Assembly (NCBI RefSeq): GCF_000143415.4
Contig: NW_003314308.1
Span: 496,001-560,000 of the forward strand
Source of the DNA: Selaginella moellendorffii
Taxonomy: Eukaryota; Plantae; Lycopodiophyta
DNA: 64,000 bases
Direction: 5' to 3'
The notes under the pieces are model-generated. The model made no database searches. It worked only from the letters and a program-made list of their open reading frames with translations, and was not told the DNA's origin. A program made the translations under genes and the position numbers. Shown here one piece after another: positions 23,670 through 35,871 of the stretch. Numbering within the stretch: the stretch's first letter is position 1; each line of letters opens with the position of its first letter.

Positions 23670-26657
23670 TCAAGTGATATCCTGCGACTTGGAGTGCCTG
23701 GAATACCAAAACCCGAGCCTGCTTTTCATCTTTGCAACCTCTGGTGCCGCATAGATGTTGGAGAGCATCACGTACGATGACGATGTCTCCGGGTTCCTCT
23801 TCATGGCCTCCTGCGACACCCGCTTCCCGCGCTCCAAATCCCCATGCATCTGGCACGAGTTGAGCAGTGACAGCCATGGAACTCCACCCGCCTGTGGAAA
23901 CCTCTTGAGAAACTCCTCGGCTTCCTCCAGCCTTCCCAGCCGGCCCAGCATATCCGTCATGCAGCTGAAGTGCTCGTCCTCCCACTCGATCCCCCTGTCC
24001 GTCTTGAGCGACACGAACTGCTTCCAGGCCTCGTCCAGCAGCCCCACGTGTGCGCACGCAAACAGCACTCCGGTGTAAGTCACGCCGTTCGGCTCCACGC
24101 CGTCCAAGTTCATGAGCTCGTACAGCTCCAGCCCCTGCTTCCCCTCCCCGTTTTGAGCATACGCCACGATCATTGCGTTCCACGAGACCAGGTTGCTCAA
24201 GTCGGAGCCGTCGAAGATCTTCCGTGCTTCGTCCAGGCTCCCGCACTTGCCATACATGCTGACGAGTGCTGTGGAGAGGAGCGCTCCGTTCTCCAGGCCG
24301 GCTCTCACTATCCTGTCGTGGACGGGCCTTCCTTCCGCTAGAGACTGCATGTCACCGCAAGCACCGACGATGGTAACGTAGGTGATCTCGTCGGGCTCAA
24401 CTCCGTCTGGCTCCATTCTCTGGTAGAGTCTGATGGCTTCCTCGCTGTGCCCGTGCTGACCATACGCCGTTAAGAGCGTGTTCCATGTCACCACCGTTCT
24501 CGTTGTCATCCTGTCAAACACCGCCCGTGCGTTTTCCAAGTCTCCACACTTGCCATACATGTTGACGAGCGCAGTGGAGACGTAGACATCGGAGTCGGAG
24601 CCACTGGAAACTATCCTCTCGTGAATCTGTTTCCCCGTTCTTACTGCATCGATCCGGCTGCAAGCTTCCAGCACACTGATGTATGTCACGTCGTCGGACT
24701 TCAATCCTTCGAGGTCCATCTTGTGGTAGAGTTGCAACGCTTGCCTCTCGTGTCCGTTCTGCGCGTACGCTGCGATCATCGTCGTGCACGAGCACACATC
24801 TCTCGTCTCCATCTCCTCGAACACTCTGCGTGCGTGGGCGACGTCGCCAAGCTTTCCGTAGACGTTGACGAGATTGTTCCTCAGAACACCGGACGAGTGG
24901 AGGATACCACTGGCAGATATCCTGGAACGAATGGACTCGGCCTCGGAGCGCACTCCCAAACTGCAACAGGCACCAAGAACATTGACGTAAGTTACTTCGT
25001 CCGCCTTGACCCCTGCAAGGTCCATCTGTCTAAAAAGTTTCAGAGCTTCCATACCTTGGCCCTGTTGAGCATAAGCCGAGATAAGTGTCGTCCACGTAAC
25101 CTCTGTCTTTAGCTGCATTCGATCAAACACGCGCCTCGCTCGCTCCAAGCTCTTGCATTTCGTGTACATGTTGACGACGGCGCTGTCAAGAACAGCGTCA
25201 CCGACGTAGCCTGTAGCGGTGATTCGTGCGTGCAAGGCCTGACCATCGGTCAGGCTCTCCAATTCCGAGCAAGCGTCCAAAAGGCTCAGATACGTGACCC
25301 TGTTTTGCTTCACTCCTTCCAGCTCCATCTTTTTCTGAAGCCTCAGAACTTCATCCGGGTGACCATACTGCGCGTAAGCTCCCATGAGTGTGTTCCAAGT
25401 GATGATATTCCTGGAGCTAAGCCTGTCAAAGACTTGGCTGGCCTCGACCAGATTGCCAGATTTCCCGTACATGGTCACGATTGCGGTTCCCAAGACGGGC
25501 TGGTTCTCTACCCCGGAAGCAATCACGCATTCGTGGACCTGCTTTGCATAGGGGTCCTTACTGCAAGCTCCAGTTATGCCGACGAACGTCACATCGTTTG
25601 GCTTGGTACCATCTAAGAGCATTTCCTGAAAGAGCTGGATCGCATCCCTGGAGCGTTCTTCCCGTGAGTAAGCGGTGATCAGAGTGTTCCATGAGGCCTC
25701 GCTCTTTAAACTCCTGTCGAAAACGTCCCTGGCTTCTTCCAGATAACCACACCTGCTGTACATGTTTACCAGCGCGTTGCCGACGATCACATCCGAGTCG
25801 AGGCCCTCGGCCGAGAGGCGGCGATGAATTCCCCTCCCTTCGGACAAATCTTCCAAGTTGGTGCACGCTCGGAGTGTGTTAATGAAGCTCACAATGTCCG
25901 GCTTTACACCCTCGCAGTCCAGCCGATGGAAAAACTCGAGCGCTTCCCTGTTGTGACCTCTCTGAGCACAGGCTCCAATGATCGCAGTCCACGCGAACAA
26001 TCCTTTGCTCTCAAGCCTCTCGAAAATCTCCCTTGCCTCCTCCAGCCCCTCGCATTTGAGATACGTGCTCACCATCGCATTCCCCAGCTCCTGCTCTAAA
26101 CCGCTATCTACAAGGCAAGCATGGGCCGACCTGGCTGTGTCGAGCGACGCGCACGACGAGATCAAACAGAGAAGTATCTGCCTGTCCGGTCTCAGGCCTT
26201 CCAGCAGCAATCTCCCAAACAAACCAGCCACTGCCCACTTGTGATCCCTCTCTTGAGCTGCCGCGGCGATCACCGTCCCGAAAGAGAAAGCATTCTTGTG
26301 TTCTATCTTCTCGAAAGCCTGCCTCGCATCCTCCCAGCTCCCACACTTGGCGTACATCTCCACCAGCAGATTCCCCAGGAACGTCTCCCCCTCAAACCCG
26401 TTCTTCCGGATCTGCTCGTGCACGCACCGCCCTTCCTCGAGCGCCTGCCGATCCCTACACCGCCTGACTAAGCACGTATACCTGTACGAGCACGACGTCC
26501 CCTCCCGGAGCCTGAGCGCCTCCTCCACATCCCAGGCATTGCCGCCATCGCCGGAATACTCGTGTAGCCGCCGATGCAACACACTCCACAATCCCTCCCG
26601 CCGCCGCTGCCGCCGATTCTCCCTGCGAATGGCGCTGCCGATCGCCCAAACCCTCAT
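23670..26657 (-). CDS. Large PLS-class PPR protein (E domain), 995 aa, intronless
   Basis: Long array of PPR motifs; HFSCMTDMLGRLGRLEEAEE; SSYVMLSNIYA; no DYW. Confidence 0.95.
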   Translation of the reverse strand: MRVWAIGSAIRRENRRQRRREGLWSVLHRRLHEYSGDGGNAWDVEEALRLREGTSCSYRYTCLVRRCRDRQALEEGRCVHEQIRKNGFEGETFLGNLLVEMYAKCGSWEDARQAFEKIEHKNAFSFGTVIAAAAQERDHKWAVAGLFGRLLLEGLRPDRQILLCLISSCASLDTARSAHACLVDSGLEQELGNAMVSTYLKCEGLEEAREIFERLESKGLFAWTAIIGACAQRGHNREALEFFHRLDCEGVKPDIVSFINTLRACTNLEDLSEGRGIHRRLSAEGLDSDVIVGNALVNMYSRCGYLEEARDVFDRSLKSEASWNTLITAYSREERSRDAIQLFQEMLLDGTKPNDVTFVGITGACSKDPYAKQVHECVIASGVENQPVLGTAIVTMYGKSGNLVEASQVFDRLSSRNIITWNTLMGAYAQYGHPDEVLRLQKKMELEGVKQNRVTYLSLLDACSELESLTDGQALHARITATGYVGDAVLDSAVVNMYTKCKSLERARRVFDRMQLKTEVTWTTLISAYAQQGQGMEALKLFRQMDLAGVKADEVTYVNVLGACCSLGVRSEAESIRSRISASGILHSSGVLRNNLVNVYGKLGDVAHARRVFEEMETRDVCSCTTMIAAYAQNGHERQALQLYHKMDLEGLKSDDVTYISVLEACSRIDAVRTGKQIHERIVSSGSDSDVYVSTALVNMYGKCGDLENARAVFDRMTTRTVVTWNTLLTAYGQHGHSEEAIRLYQRMEPDGVEPDEITYVTIVGACGDMQSLAEGRPVHDRIVRAGLENGALLSTALVSMYGKCGSLDEARKIFDGSDLSNLVSWNAMIVAYAQNGEGKQGLELYELMNLDGVEPNGVTYTGVLFACAHVGLLDEAWKQFVSLKTDRGIEWEDEHFSCMTDMLGRLGRLEEAEEFLKRFPQAGGVPWLSLLNSCQMHGDLERGKRVSQEAMKRNPETSSSYVMLSNIYAAPEVAKMKSRLGFWYSRHSKSQDIT

Positions 26658-26817
26658 AAACCCTAAATTTGAAAATGGCGCTAAAATCTAAAGCCCTAAA
26701 ATCTAAAGAGATTGGAACCGGCGACCCATTGACACTTCGTATCTTTTCTTCTTCTTCCCGGGTAAATGTTACACTAGGAAAAAAGAGAGAGAAGCTCTCC
26801 TCTCTCTCTTTAGAGCG

Positions 26818-29336
26818 CTACTCGTCCTCCTCTGGAGCGCTAAAATCCGGTTCCGCCGGCTTGGACAACTTAACCGTCAGCTCCGCCGCCCTGGCCAGCC
26901 TCATCCTATGTACACCGCGAAGAGCATTCGCAGCAAATCGAGACGCCAGCAGCGCCGCCCCGATCGACGTCCCGGACGTTCTCGTCCCAGCGATGGCGTC
27001 GATGGCAGCCTCCTGGAGGCTCTGATCCACGGTTTCTCGCCGCTCGTGCTCCTTCCTCCGCTGGAAGCGCCTCCACGCCGCCTGGATGTAGAGCACGGCC
27101 CAAGTCCGCCACTGCTGGGAGTAGTATCTGAAAGTGTGCTGGAGCTGCTTGCTGTGGAGGCGGCGGAACTGGCCGGCCACGAACTTGAGATCCTCGGCCT
27201 TGAGTGAGAAGGCCTCCACTTCCACCAGTGCTCGGACTGTCCGCGTCGAGGATGGGAGGTTCTTGCTTGGTTTGGGATGGAGAGCCCAAGTGAGTAGCTC
27301 CTCTCCACAAAAGGCACCGGGCCCGAGCTCTTGGACGTTGTAGAAGCCGGTTCGTCCACCGTTTGTTGTCACGCTCTCGAGGCGTCCCCGGATGATGAAG
27401 AGCATCTCGTTCACCGGGTCTCCCTCTCGGACGATGTAGTTGCCTTCGGTGTGGAGTACCGGTTGCAAACGCTCGCAAATAGCTTCTAGTAGCCGCTCGT
27501 CCATTTTATCGAACATTGGAACCTGGAGAAAGAAACGTCAAACTCATGGTTTGCCAAACACTGATGGATCATTTTGCTTACTTGTCGAACAAGGTCCAAA
27601 CAAAGATGGCGCTTGATATCGCGTCGGAGATCCAGAGGTAATGTTTGCACGAGCATTTCCTCGTCAACTCCTCTGGTTGTGACCCACTTGTACTGGTCAT
27701 AGCGTCGAACTCGATCACGAAGGACGGGAGGGAGTTGCCTGTGACGCATCCACTGCTCGGAATCTCGCCGCTTGAGTCTCATCTCTTCAAGTCTGACGGT
27801 TATTGACGCAAGGTAAGTCTGCAATAAGAAAACTTTGTCACTACAAAGTCAGATGTCAAGAGTGCACTTGCCTGCATATTGCCAATGAGAAACGCGAAGA
27901 AGATCAAGCCAAGTATACCAATCAGAATGGCAAACAGCGTCTCCTCCACGTAATTGCTTGTTGCAAGGCCTTGACCGAGCGAGCTGCGGTACGGAAAACA
28001 CAGGAAAGTGAGTCGCGGGACACAATTCAAGACTTTGTAGCTTACCTCAAATTGCGAAGACCCCACCAGAGGCAATAAAAGTACTGGTTGACGAAGTCTA
28101 GTCCAGTAGAGATGATTCCATTGTCAAGAGCGTCCTTGTAAATCCCGTAGGAAAACGTAGAGTTTGTGGAACAGCTCGCTTGCACTGCATTTAACCATTC
28201 CGTTCGCGCGGAGTTGTCTATATCAACACCACAGTCGAAGAAGTCACTGTTGCAACTGTTGGAACAATTTCTCCTCCAGCACCGGTCTTGAGCTTGGGTC
28301 GACAGCAAATACCACCACGCTCCAAGCACCTATAAAGTCACACAGGTTGACAATTCCTTCCAGTTTAGACGATTAAAACAGTGAGTAAGACAACGCACTT
28401 ACGTGACTAGCCAGAATATAAAGGAGGAGATTAAACGCGGCACCAGCCCAGGCTGTTTCCAGCAGGATCCCAGTCGTGCTTTGCTTCTGCGTTGTCAAAG
28501 GGATGATCCGGAGCAGCCTTGGAAAGTATTGGACGAGCACTATGTATCTCAGCGTGTTCATGGTCTTGTTCGCGGTAAGGTGAGAATTCCCCCAGATGAG
28601 AATCTGGAACCAAGCAAGGATACATGTAAGCTCAGTGAAAACAAGAAAGAAAGAAACCAACAAGAGCAAAACATACAGTACCTGTGGGAGAGGAAGGACG
28701 GACAAGATGTCCATGACAAAATCCTTGAACAAGTAACGTTTGGCGATTTGCCAGGAGTCGACGACGAGCTCGCCTCGGCCAAAAACTCGCGACGATGGAG
28801 CAATGAATGCCGTCCGGAACCGAAGAAGCATGTGAAAGAGGTAGGAGCAGTCGATGATCGTGCGAAGAACAGTGACGACAACTTTGAGGCTGTTCCGGAG
28901 CTGCGAGCAATTCCTCGTCTGGTTGATCACTGGGAGGTAGAAGAATAATGGGTCGATGAAGGCCGCGAGCAAGCACGAGAGTATGAAGAAGTTGTTCCAT
29001 TGCTGTATGAATCGGCTTCTCGGATCAAAGATCCTGGTCTCGGAGAGCTCGTGATCCTCGGAGAAGACCCTGGCCCCAAAATTTAGAGACCTCCCAAACC
29101 TCTGTAAGCTGCCCAGCCCCGAGAACCATCTGCTTCCGTGCTTGATGCCATGGACATCGCCACTGCCCGGCTTAATCGTCTCAAAAGCAAATGTGTGAGG
29201 AACCTCGGCATCAAAGTCGAGGTAATCGCTCTCAAACCTGCGAGAAAAATCCACCGCCGCGACTAAGCACTCCACAACACCGCTAAAGAAGAGCGAGCAT
29301 TCCATACCTCACGAATTTCTTGACCCGGCCTTCCAT
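26818..29336 (-). CDS. CNGC: Cyclic nucleotide-gated channel, multi-exon
   Basis: DPLFFYLP, pore WWGLRNLSSLGQGL, CNBD REGDPVNEMLFIIRG/GEELLTWAL, IQAAWRR; exon 1 MEGRVKKFVR from ATG 29336. Confidence 0.95.
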
Positions 29337-29514
29337 TTTCTGCGTCTTGACGCGCCCAAACTCCCGCATCGCCGTGGTGATTCAATCCCCGCCTCGCTCC
29401 ACGCCTAGAGAATGCGCGCTTACGACCAATCCTGCGAGCCCCCGCGCACCCTAGCTAGCGCGCCACATTAGGGCTGAATTCGTCGCGCCCTCCATAGCTC
29501 GCCCGCCAGGCTAT

Positions 29515-29733
29515 TAGCTTCGCCTTGGAACGGGTCTTTCATGCAAATGCTAAAACCAGTCCTGGGTTCGAATCCATTGTCCACAAAAAGTTTAGACTAG
29601 TCAAATAAAGTCAGCGCCCTTTGACCTTAACAGTCAACGAAGTATTTTTAACCAAAGGAAATTTTAGGGCATGTGGGGGCGATCGAACGCGCGACTTGGG
29701 GCGTCCAAAGAGGGGCCTTTAGCAAGCGCGCTA
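29515..29733. other. Two convergent degenerate tRNA-like (A/B-box) elements
   Basis: + strand GGTTCGAATCC at 29565-29575; - strand TAGCGCGCTTG...GTTCGATC with tRNA U8-G53 spacing; stems are not intact. Confidence 0.35.
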
Positions 29734-29808
29734 GCATAATCCTAGTTGTGAGACAAGGAAATTTTGGGAGAGAGGAGCGAGGGTTTTCTTCTCCGCGAGA
29801 GACGCGCG

Positions 29809-32722
29809 ATGGTGTGGTGTAGCTACTGTGGCAAGGACCAGATTGCCGAGCACAACGATGGATTCATGTAAGTCCTCGCCAATGCTCTCGCTCGGACTGC
29901 GCGGTTTCTTGATCCGCAAGAAAATCTTTCTATCTCCTAATTTCCATCACTGTGTAGATGCTGTACTGGGTGTGGGAGAGTACTCGATGACAATGTCTTC
30001 TCCTCCGAGCCGACCTTCGCGAAATCGGCGTCTGGACAGGTACTAAATCGTGATTTTCACGTAGATTTCGTTTCTCTTTGGTTTGCTCGAGATAAAGCTA
30101 GAAAACTTTGCTTTGATAGATAACAAGTTTTCTTTCTTTCCTTTGATAACTATCGTACGTTCTCTCGCTTGCGCAGAGCCAATTCGTTGGGAACATTGTG
30201 AAGCAATCACAGTATGGAACTTACGCCCGCATCGTCGACGATGGCACCGGGACCGTCTCGGGCTACCAGTCGAATTCTCATCAGAGAACGCTGGACAAAG
30301 GCAGGCAGGAGATTCGAAACATAGCGAGCTCGCTCTCAGTTGGCGGTGGCGATGATATCGTTGGTTCTGCGCATAGGATTTATGTCGTAAGTTTCTTTGT
30401 TTCCTTTTCTTTGCTCTTTTTTCCTGGCATAACACTCTACATAGTTAGCCGTGGAGAAAAACTTTACGAAAGGAAGGAGGACATCTCAAGTTGCCGCAGC
30501 ATGCCTCTACATTGTTTGCAGGTAGAGTTTTCCTCGTATACGAACTTAAGCTTTGGCGCTTGTAGACAGGGAAATAAACCATATCTGCTGATTGATTTCT
30601 CGGACTGCCTACAAACCAGTGTGTAAGTTGTGGTCGATTTTCGTGTGACTTCCCTAACGCTCAGACCTTGCATCTCTGCAGATATTTGCTAGGAGCAGTT
30701 TTTCTCCAACTATGTACCCTATTGAGATTAGATCAGCATCCAATGGTTCAAAAGCCTGTGGATCCAAGTCTGTTTATCCATCGTTTCACGGACCGTGAGT
30801 ATTGTTTTCTTTGTCTTGATGCTCATCTGATGTTACTCTTCAAAACCGCAGGACTTCTACACAGAATAGCACCAGGGACTTCCTCCAAAAATCAATTTGC
30901 CATTGCAAATACTGCACTTAGGATAGTAGCTAGCATGAAGCAAGATTGGATTCAGGTTTGTATCTCTGCTTTTGAGATACTGACCCCCGACGTAATCTGG
31001 ATCTTAGACGGGTAGGAGACCCAGCGGGATCTGTGGAGCTGCTTTACTTTTATCAACTCGAATTCATGGTCTGGAATGCTCGACAGCGGATGTGGTAAAT
31101 ATCAGATGTTGTTTTTCTTTCTTTGTGTAACGTTTTTTCTACTTCAGGAAAGCGTCGTTTACGTTTGCAAGGCTACGATAACCAAGCGGCTTGTAGAGTT
31201 TAGCAACACAGAAGCTGGTAGCCTAACTGTGAGAATCTTTTTATTTTTTGCTGTTAACTTTGTTATTAAAGACAAAGAACTTATATTTTGCAGCCAGAAG
31301 AATTTGAAGCGAAGGCTAAACAACGAGAGAAAGAGATGCTGTCCGTTTCTCAGACCGATATTGTAAATAACGGGGTTATCAAGGAAATTCTTTGCGAGCA
31401 CAAGGACTCGGGAGCTCAACACTACGCGCATGGACTCTGTAAAAACTGCTATGACGATGTAAGCGTGGTCTACCATGAATGATTGACATCTCTCTTTTCT
31501 TGTCTCTATTAGTTCGTCAAGATTTCTGGTGGATTACAAGGAGGATCTGCACCCCCGGCCTTTCAAAGGGCCCAGAAAGAGCGCGAGAGACTATTGAAGA
31601 ACAAAAAGAGAAAGCTGACCGCTGAGGTGAGCATAATAGAACGTGTTGCCGTCCTTACCTCTTTTCATTTTGTCCAGGCCATCTCAGACGAGGACGAAGA
31701 TTTGACATGCACAAACAGCTCTCCAGTCGCTGAAAAAGCTATCAAGAAAAAGCTGGAACAAGAGGAACACAGTTACTTTGACGCTGACGATGTGACCGAG
31801 AGTTGTGTCACACACGAAACGAAGGCCGAAAAGCGATACGAAGACAGTGTGGACGACGAACCGGAGTCACTTTCTGATATCGATGACGTTGAGGCACGCA
31901 GTTTCTCTCTTCAATTAATTCAGACCCGCCATAAACGTTTCTTTTCTGCAGCTAACTACTTATCTCAACACAGAAGACGAAATCAGACTGAAAACCATTG
32001 TCTGGACGGAGATGAACAAAGAATACATCCAGGTAGGAAGGCTTGTATGCAAAACGTGGAAGTTTCATGCGTGATGGTTATATTTCAGGAGCAAGAAGCC
32101 AAGGAGGCAGCACTCAAGGCGCAAGCTGAGTCCATGGCTGCCGTGTCGACGTCAGGAACTGCTGCAGAGATTGCCGCAGCTACAGTAGTGATGTCCAGAA
32201 AGGTAACGTCACTGCTTTTCATTTCGTCAGTCGGTCGTGATCTTCTTCCTCATTTATCCAGGCTAGAAAACACAAGCATGGTGATACTGCAAACTGCAAG
32301 CCCGCGGAATCAGCAGCCGAGGCAACCAGACAAATGCTAGAGAAAAAGGTAAGCTGGTGCGTCATAGAAAGGAGAGCTGTTTAACCGAACTGTATTGGCA
32401 GAGACTGAGCTCCAAGCTCAACTATAGTGTGCTGGAGAAGATGTTTAACGGCAAGGTACGCCATATGTTTGCCTAGTCGCTCACTCTCACTACCTGTATG
32501 GATGCTACACAGGAGGATTCGCCATCAAAATGGGTCGAAGAGCCTCCGGGAAAGACCGAGCCAGCCGACACCAAAGTCCCACCGGAAGAAGAACACGATC
32601 GGGAAGGAAACGAAAACGAAAACGAGCACGAAAACGAGAACGAAGCCGAGCTGGAGAACGATATCCCGAGCTATAGCTACATTTACGAACAGGCCGTGGA
32701 AGAGGACTACGAAGAGTACTAG
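29809..32722 (+). CDS. BRF1: TFIIIB subunit BRF (TFIIB-related factor), many short introns
   Basis: Zn ribbon MVWCSYC...[76 protein letters not shown]. Confidence 0.92.
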
Positions 32723-32840
32723 ACAAACAATGAAACAAAATTTTGGTAGGAGCGAGCGAGCGAGCGAGGTAAGAAGAAAGAAGCAAGGTAAAAGACCAAA
32801 AGAAAGTTCTTGCTTTGCTTTCTTCCTTCCATGTATCTAA

Positions 32841-34743
32841 TCAAAACACGTCGAATGAATTGGATTCAGTCTCTACGAGCTGCTGGACCTTTTGCAACTC
32901 CTCCTCGCTCTCAAAATTCTTGACGACGACGACGACTTTGCCACCGTCCTCGCCGCCGCCACCGTCACCCTCGCTCGTGACTTCAAACACCAGTCCCACC
33001 GCAGCTTTCGAGTCGAGAAGCTCCAAAGTCTTGGCTCCAATCTCCTCCCGAGCACCGTCAGAGGCCAGCAGCGTCGAAGTTCGCAACACCACAACGCCAT
33101 CTTCCTCCTCCTCGTCACCACACTCTTCGAGCAACCGAGGAGGAGGAAGATCGCAACTTCCAGCTCGGGGAAGCCTCTCCTCGGCAGCGTACTTATCATA
33201 CGACGAGCAAATCTCCACGTCTTGCAAGGCCGGAGGACAAGCTTGCGCCAGCATCCCCTCCTGGAGCTGCTTCACTGCTTGGAGCTTCTTCTTCCTGGCT
33301 AGCAGCTCCTGGCTGTGGTGATTGTCGTCAATGCCAACCTCTCTAAACTTCCTGCCTCGCTCGATCTCCTCGAGCGAGAAAGGTGGTGGAACCACCGGCG
33401 GCCGCGCTACCAGCTCCACCTCGCTCCATCTCACTCCCTGGAAGAAGGCGTGGTTTCTCACTTCCAACGCTCCCTGCCTGGATCCCAGCCTTTGCTCCGG
33501 GTCCTTGACGAGCAGCCCGGCGATGAGATCCTTGAGCGGCGTCGGAGGGCCTGGAAGCTCCACCTCCTTGCAAAGGATGTTGTAGAACGTATCCTTCCTC
33601 CTCGAGCCTTTGAATGGAGTCTTGGCGTAGACGAGCTCGTAGAGGAAGACTCCAAACGTCCACCAGTCCACCGGCAGTCCATGGCCGGATCCCCACACCA
33701 CCTCGGGAGCGACGTACTCCTCGGTGCCAACGAAGGAATTGGATCGGCAATCCGAGGAGGAGCCGCAGCTCCTGGGGAAGATTCTAGCCACGGCCTTCTT
33801 GCAGCTTTTGCTCGTATTCTTCCTCCTCTGGGTGATGATCCTCGGGAGCTCGAAGTGGAGTCCACAAGAGAGCCGCCTCGGCTTGCTCGGCTTCTTCTTC
33901 TTGTCCGTAAAGAGAGGTGACGAGGAGGAGGAGGACGTCTTCTTCTTGGTGGCGAGGTTGAGCGAGAGATCAAAGTCTGTGAGCATTACGTGACCGTTCT
34001 CCTTGATGAGGATGTTCTCGGGCTTGAGGTCCCGGTAGATGATGCCGTGTTCGTGGAGATACTCGAGAGCTAGCAAAACCTCGGCAGCATAGAACCTGTC
34101 AGTACACACGCGATCAGTCTGAACGCAAGGCAGTCCCCAACACGGAGTCAGTTTTTGCAAGCGAATCGAATACCCAAAGTTTTTCGACACGAGTTCTATC
34201 ACGAAAGCAAACTCATCACAGTTCTTCCAAGCAAGCAAAGTTCTTCCAAAGAACGAGAGAGCACGCCTCCAAGCAAAGTTTTGTTTTTTCTTACCTGGTA
34301 GCGCTCTCCGAGAACCGCTTGTCCGGCTGCTTCTGCCGTAACACGTTGAGATCTCCTCCACAGCAGTAGTCCGTCACGAGGAACGTGTGCTTGTCCGTCT
34401 CAAAGTGAGCTAGCAGCCGAGGAAGAAACGGATGATCCAAGGCCTTGAGTATCTCCTTCTCAGTCTGGGCCCTGTGGAAGTTCTCCCTCGCCGCCAATAC
34501 CTCCTTCTTCATCACCTTCATGGCATACGGCGAGTTGTCCCCGCGGAGAGCCACCAAGAACACGGTCCCCATGTCACCATGCCCGATCGACTTGATGATC
34601 CGGAAGTCCCCCTGGCTGTAGCATCGAGCGGGCTTGCAACTGCCGGCGGTGGAAGTGATGCATCGCAGCAGCGAAGAAGTTTGCTGGACGCAACCATCCT
34701 CTTCTCCTCCTCTTTCTTCTGCTGCTACTGCGTGTGGAGGCAT
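32841..34743 (-). CDS. AGCVIII Ser/Thr kinase (AGC2/OXI1-like), 2 exons; start uncertain
   Basis: [30 protein letters not shown], insert between subdomains VII and [18 protein letters not shown]; intron about 34096-34296. Confidence 0.9.
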
Positions 34744-35206
34744 GCTGCGATCTTCTTCCTCTTTCTTCTTGCCGTTGTCGAGCTTGAAGATCTTTGCAAA
34801 AGCTCTCACCACCGCATCGCCACCTCCGCCTCCATCCCCGCCGGTGACGAAGAGAGGACCCAGCTTGGAATGTAAGTCACTGGCCTTGGGCGATGGCCTG
34901 GAGTCGTCAGTCCATCGCCGGGCGCTAGCCCCTCCTCCCGCGATCCATCACCACTGTGACTTGATAGCGTGATCTTTCATCCGGGGAGCGGCGGCGGCGG
35001 CGGCGCGCGTTCGTTGCACGCTTGCGGTGAACCGCCATCTTCAATGGTCGTGCCAAGTCAGCCCTTCTATCAAACTATGACTTGGAAAAGAAAGAAAGAG
35101 TGGTCGATACTTCAAGCAAGAAAAAAAAGAACGATCACGTACTAGGCATGATGGTAGCTCGGAGCTGATGTCTCCACCGCCACCAAATTTACTCTTTCTT
35201 TTCATC

Positions 35207-35702
35207 TCAGTCCTTGAAAGGCAAGACATGGAGGCCTTGCTCGAGCATGAGAGCATGTTCTTCCACCACGGCCGCCAGCGGCATCGGTGTAAAGTTTCCA
35301 GCAGGACCGTAGAAATGTGGAAAGAACACGCCAGGCTCGGCCTCATCGTATTTTACCACTCCATCATCGGCCAACTGAAGAAGAAACATTAGCTACATTG
35401 GATCAAAATAGTAGTTTAAAAGCAAACTTTGGGCTATGGCTACCTTGTGAGGGTCGACAACCAGGAGCACTAGATCGTCTCTACCAGCGAAGAAGAGAGC
35501 CAGGACTCCCGCAACCTGGAAACTTAATTAAGCCGTTACTCAAGAGCTAGAATCAGAAGTAGAAAACTTGTACCTGAGACTTGGTACTAAGATGGATGAA
35601 ACCCGATTTCTTGTCAAGAGTGTTGCCTCGCAGTAGCCCATCAAGCTTGGCCTCGTTGAGCTCCTCTCGGGAGCAAACCCTGTAAAGGAAGCGCTCGCCC
35701 AT
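35207..35702 (-). CDS. DUF952 family protein, 3 exons
   Basis: MGERFLYRV...LDKKSGFIHLST, FFAGRDDLVLL, FPHFYG. Confidence 0.8.
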
Positions 35703-35871
35703 GGCTAAAAAGAATTTGCTATTTGCTTAGAACAAAAAGATTCTAAGTCAGTCAGTCTATAGACTATGTTTCCATGTGTTTCGGAAACACACATGCTTCT
35801 TTCCTAGCCTGTGTGATGCATATGCTGACTGCATCAAGATGAATTCTAATCAAAGCTTTACCTCGTTGAGG

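Noticed and set aside
23670-23760. DYW deaminase domains on the PPR genes
   Set aside because: All three intact PPRs end at or within the E domain; no HSE/CxxCH/DYW
2048-24458. Duplication as a haplotype mis-assembly
   Set aside because: Clean chimeric junction, an aged TRIM and many copy-specific lesions favour a real duplication, although long reads are needed to exclude it
29515-29733. Functional tRNA genes
   Set aside because: Acceptor and anticodon stems do not pair; kept only as degenerate tRNA-like elements
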